Below are positions 64,000 to 64,000 of a DNA stretch of 64,000 nt, piece by piece. Every line of letters begins with the position of its first letter. Within the stretch, counting starts at the first letter, position 1. The position numbers and the translations under genes were made by a program. Origin of the DNA: a virus (Duplodnaviria > Caudoviricetes); IMG/VR virus record IMGVR_UViG_3300031414_000007, positions 1 to 64,000 of that record. The stretch is one strand, 5' to 3'. Below the pieces are notes generated by a model, which saw nothing but the letters and a program-made list of their open reading frames with translations, had not been told where the DNA came from and searched no databases.

Positions 64000-64000
64000 C

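Noticed and set aside
1-64000. tRNA, rRNA, CRISPR array, IS or integrase
   Set aside because: No cloverleaf/CCA patterns, spaced direct-repeat arrays or transposase/integrase motifs recognised by eye; tRNAscan-SE and CRT would be needed to exclude them formally

Overview
64-kb segment of a jumbo tailed-phage genome. Gene content and order resemble, from memory, the Erwinia/Dickeya 'hairy' jumbo myoviruses; this is an inference and no search was run. Bases 1-52.9 kb are almost all on the + strand. They encode two-subunit type II topoisomerase, DnaB-like helicase, intein-containing terminase large subunit, a probable portal, 5'-3' exonuclease, macrodomain, Dam-like methylase, dCMP deaminase, ThyA, an intein-containing C5-cytosine methyltransferase-family enzyme and many accessory ORFs. 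Bases 52.9-64 kb are on the - strand and hold a probable lysis cassette plus a tandem array of about 12 paralogous virion-type genes. The main finding is a likely DNA carboxymethyl-cytosine hypermodification pathway. It consists of a CmoA-like Cx-SAM synthase, a glutaminase-less asparagine-synthetase-like ligase and a degenerate racemase-fold protein (21.8-24.1 kb), plus a ParB-N gene and a C5-MTase whose motif X Asn is replaced by Arg (38.1-41.0 kb). Other observations: two recurrent promoter-like motifs, a 44-bp duplicated promoter flanking the topoisomerase operon, a structured non-coding leader, a shared DDLPKKKKK tag on replication proteins, a free-standing NrdA-tail peptide, a frameshifted primase and several unannotated micro-ORFs. 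No tRNA, rRNA or CRISPR array was recognised.
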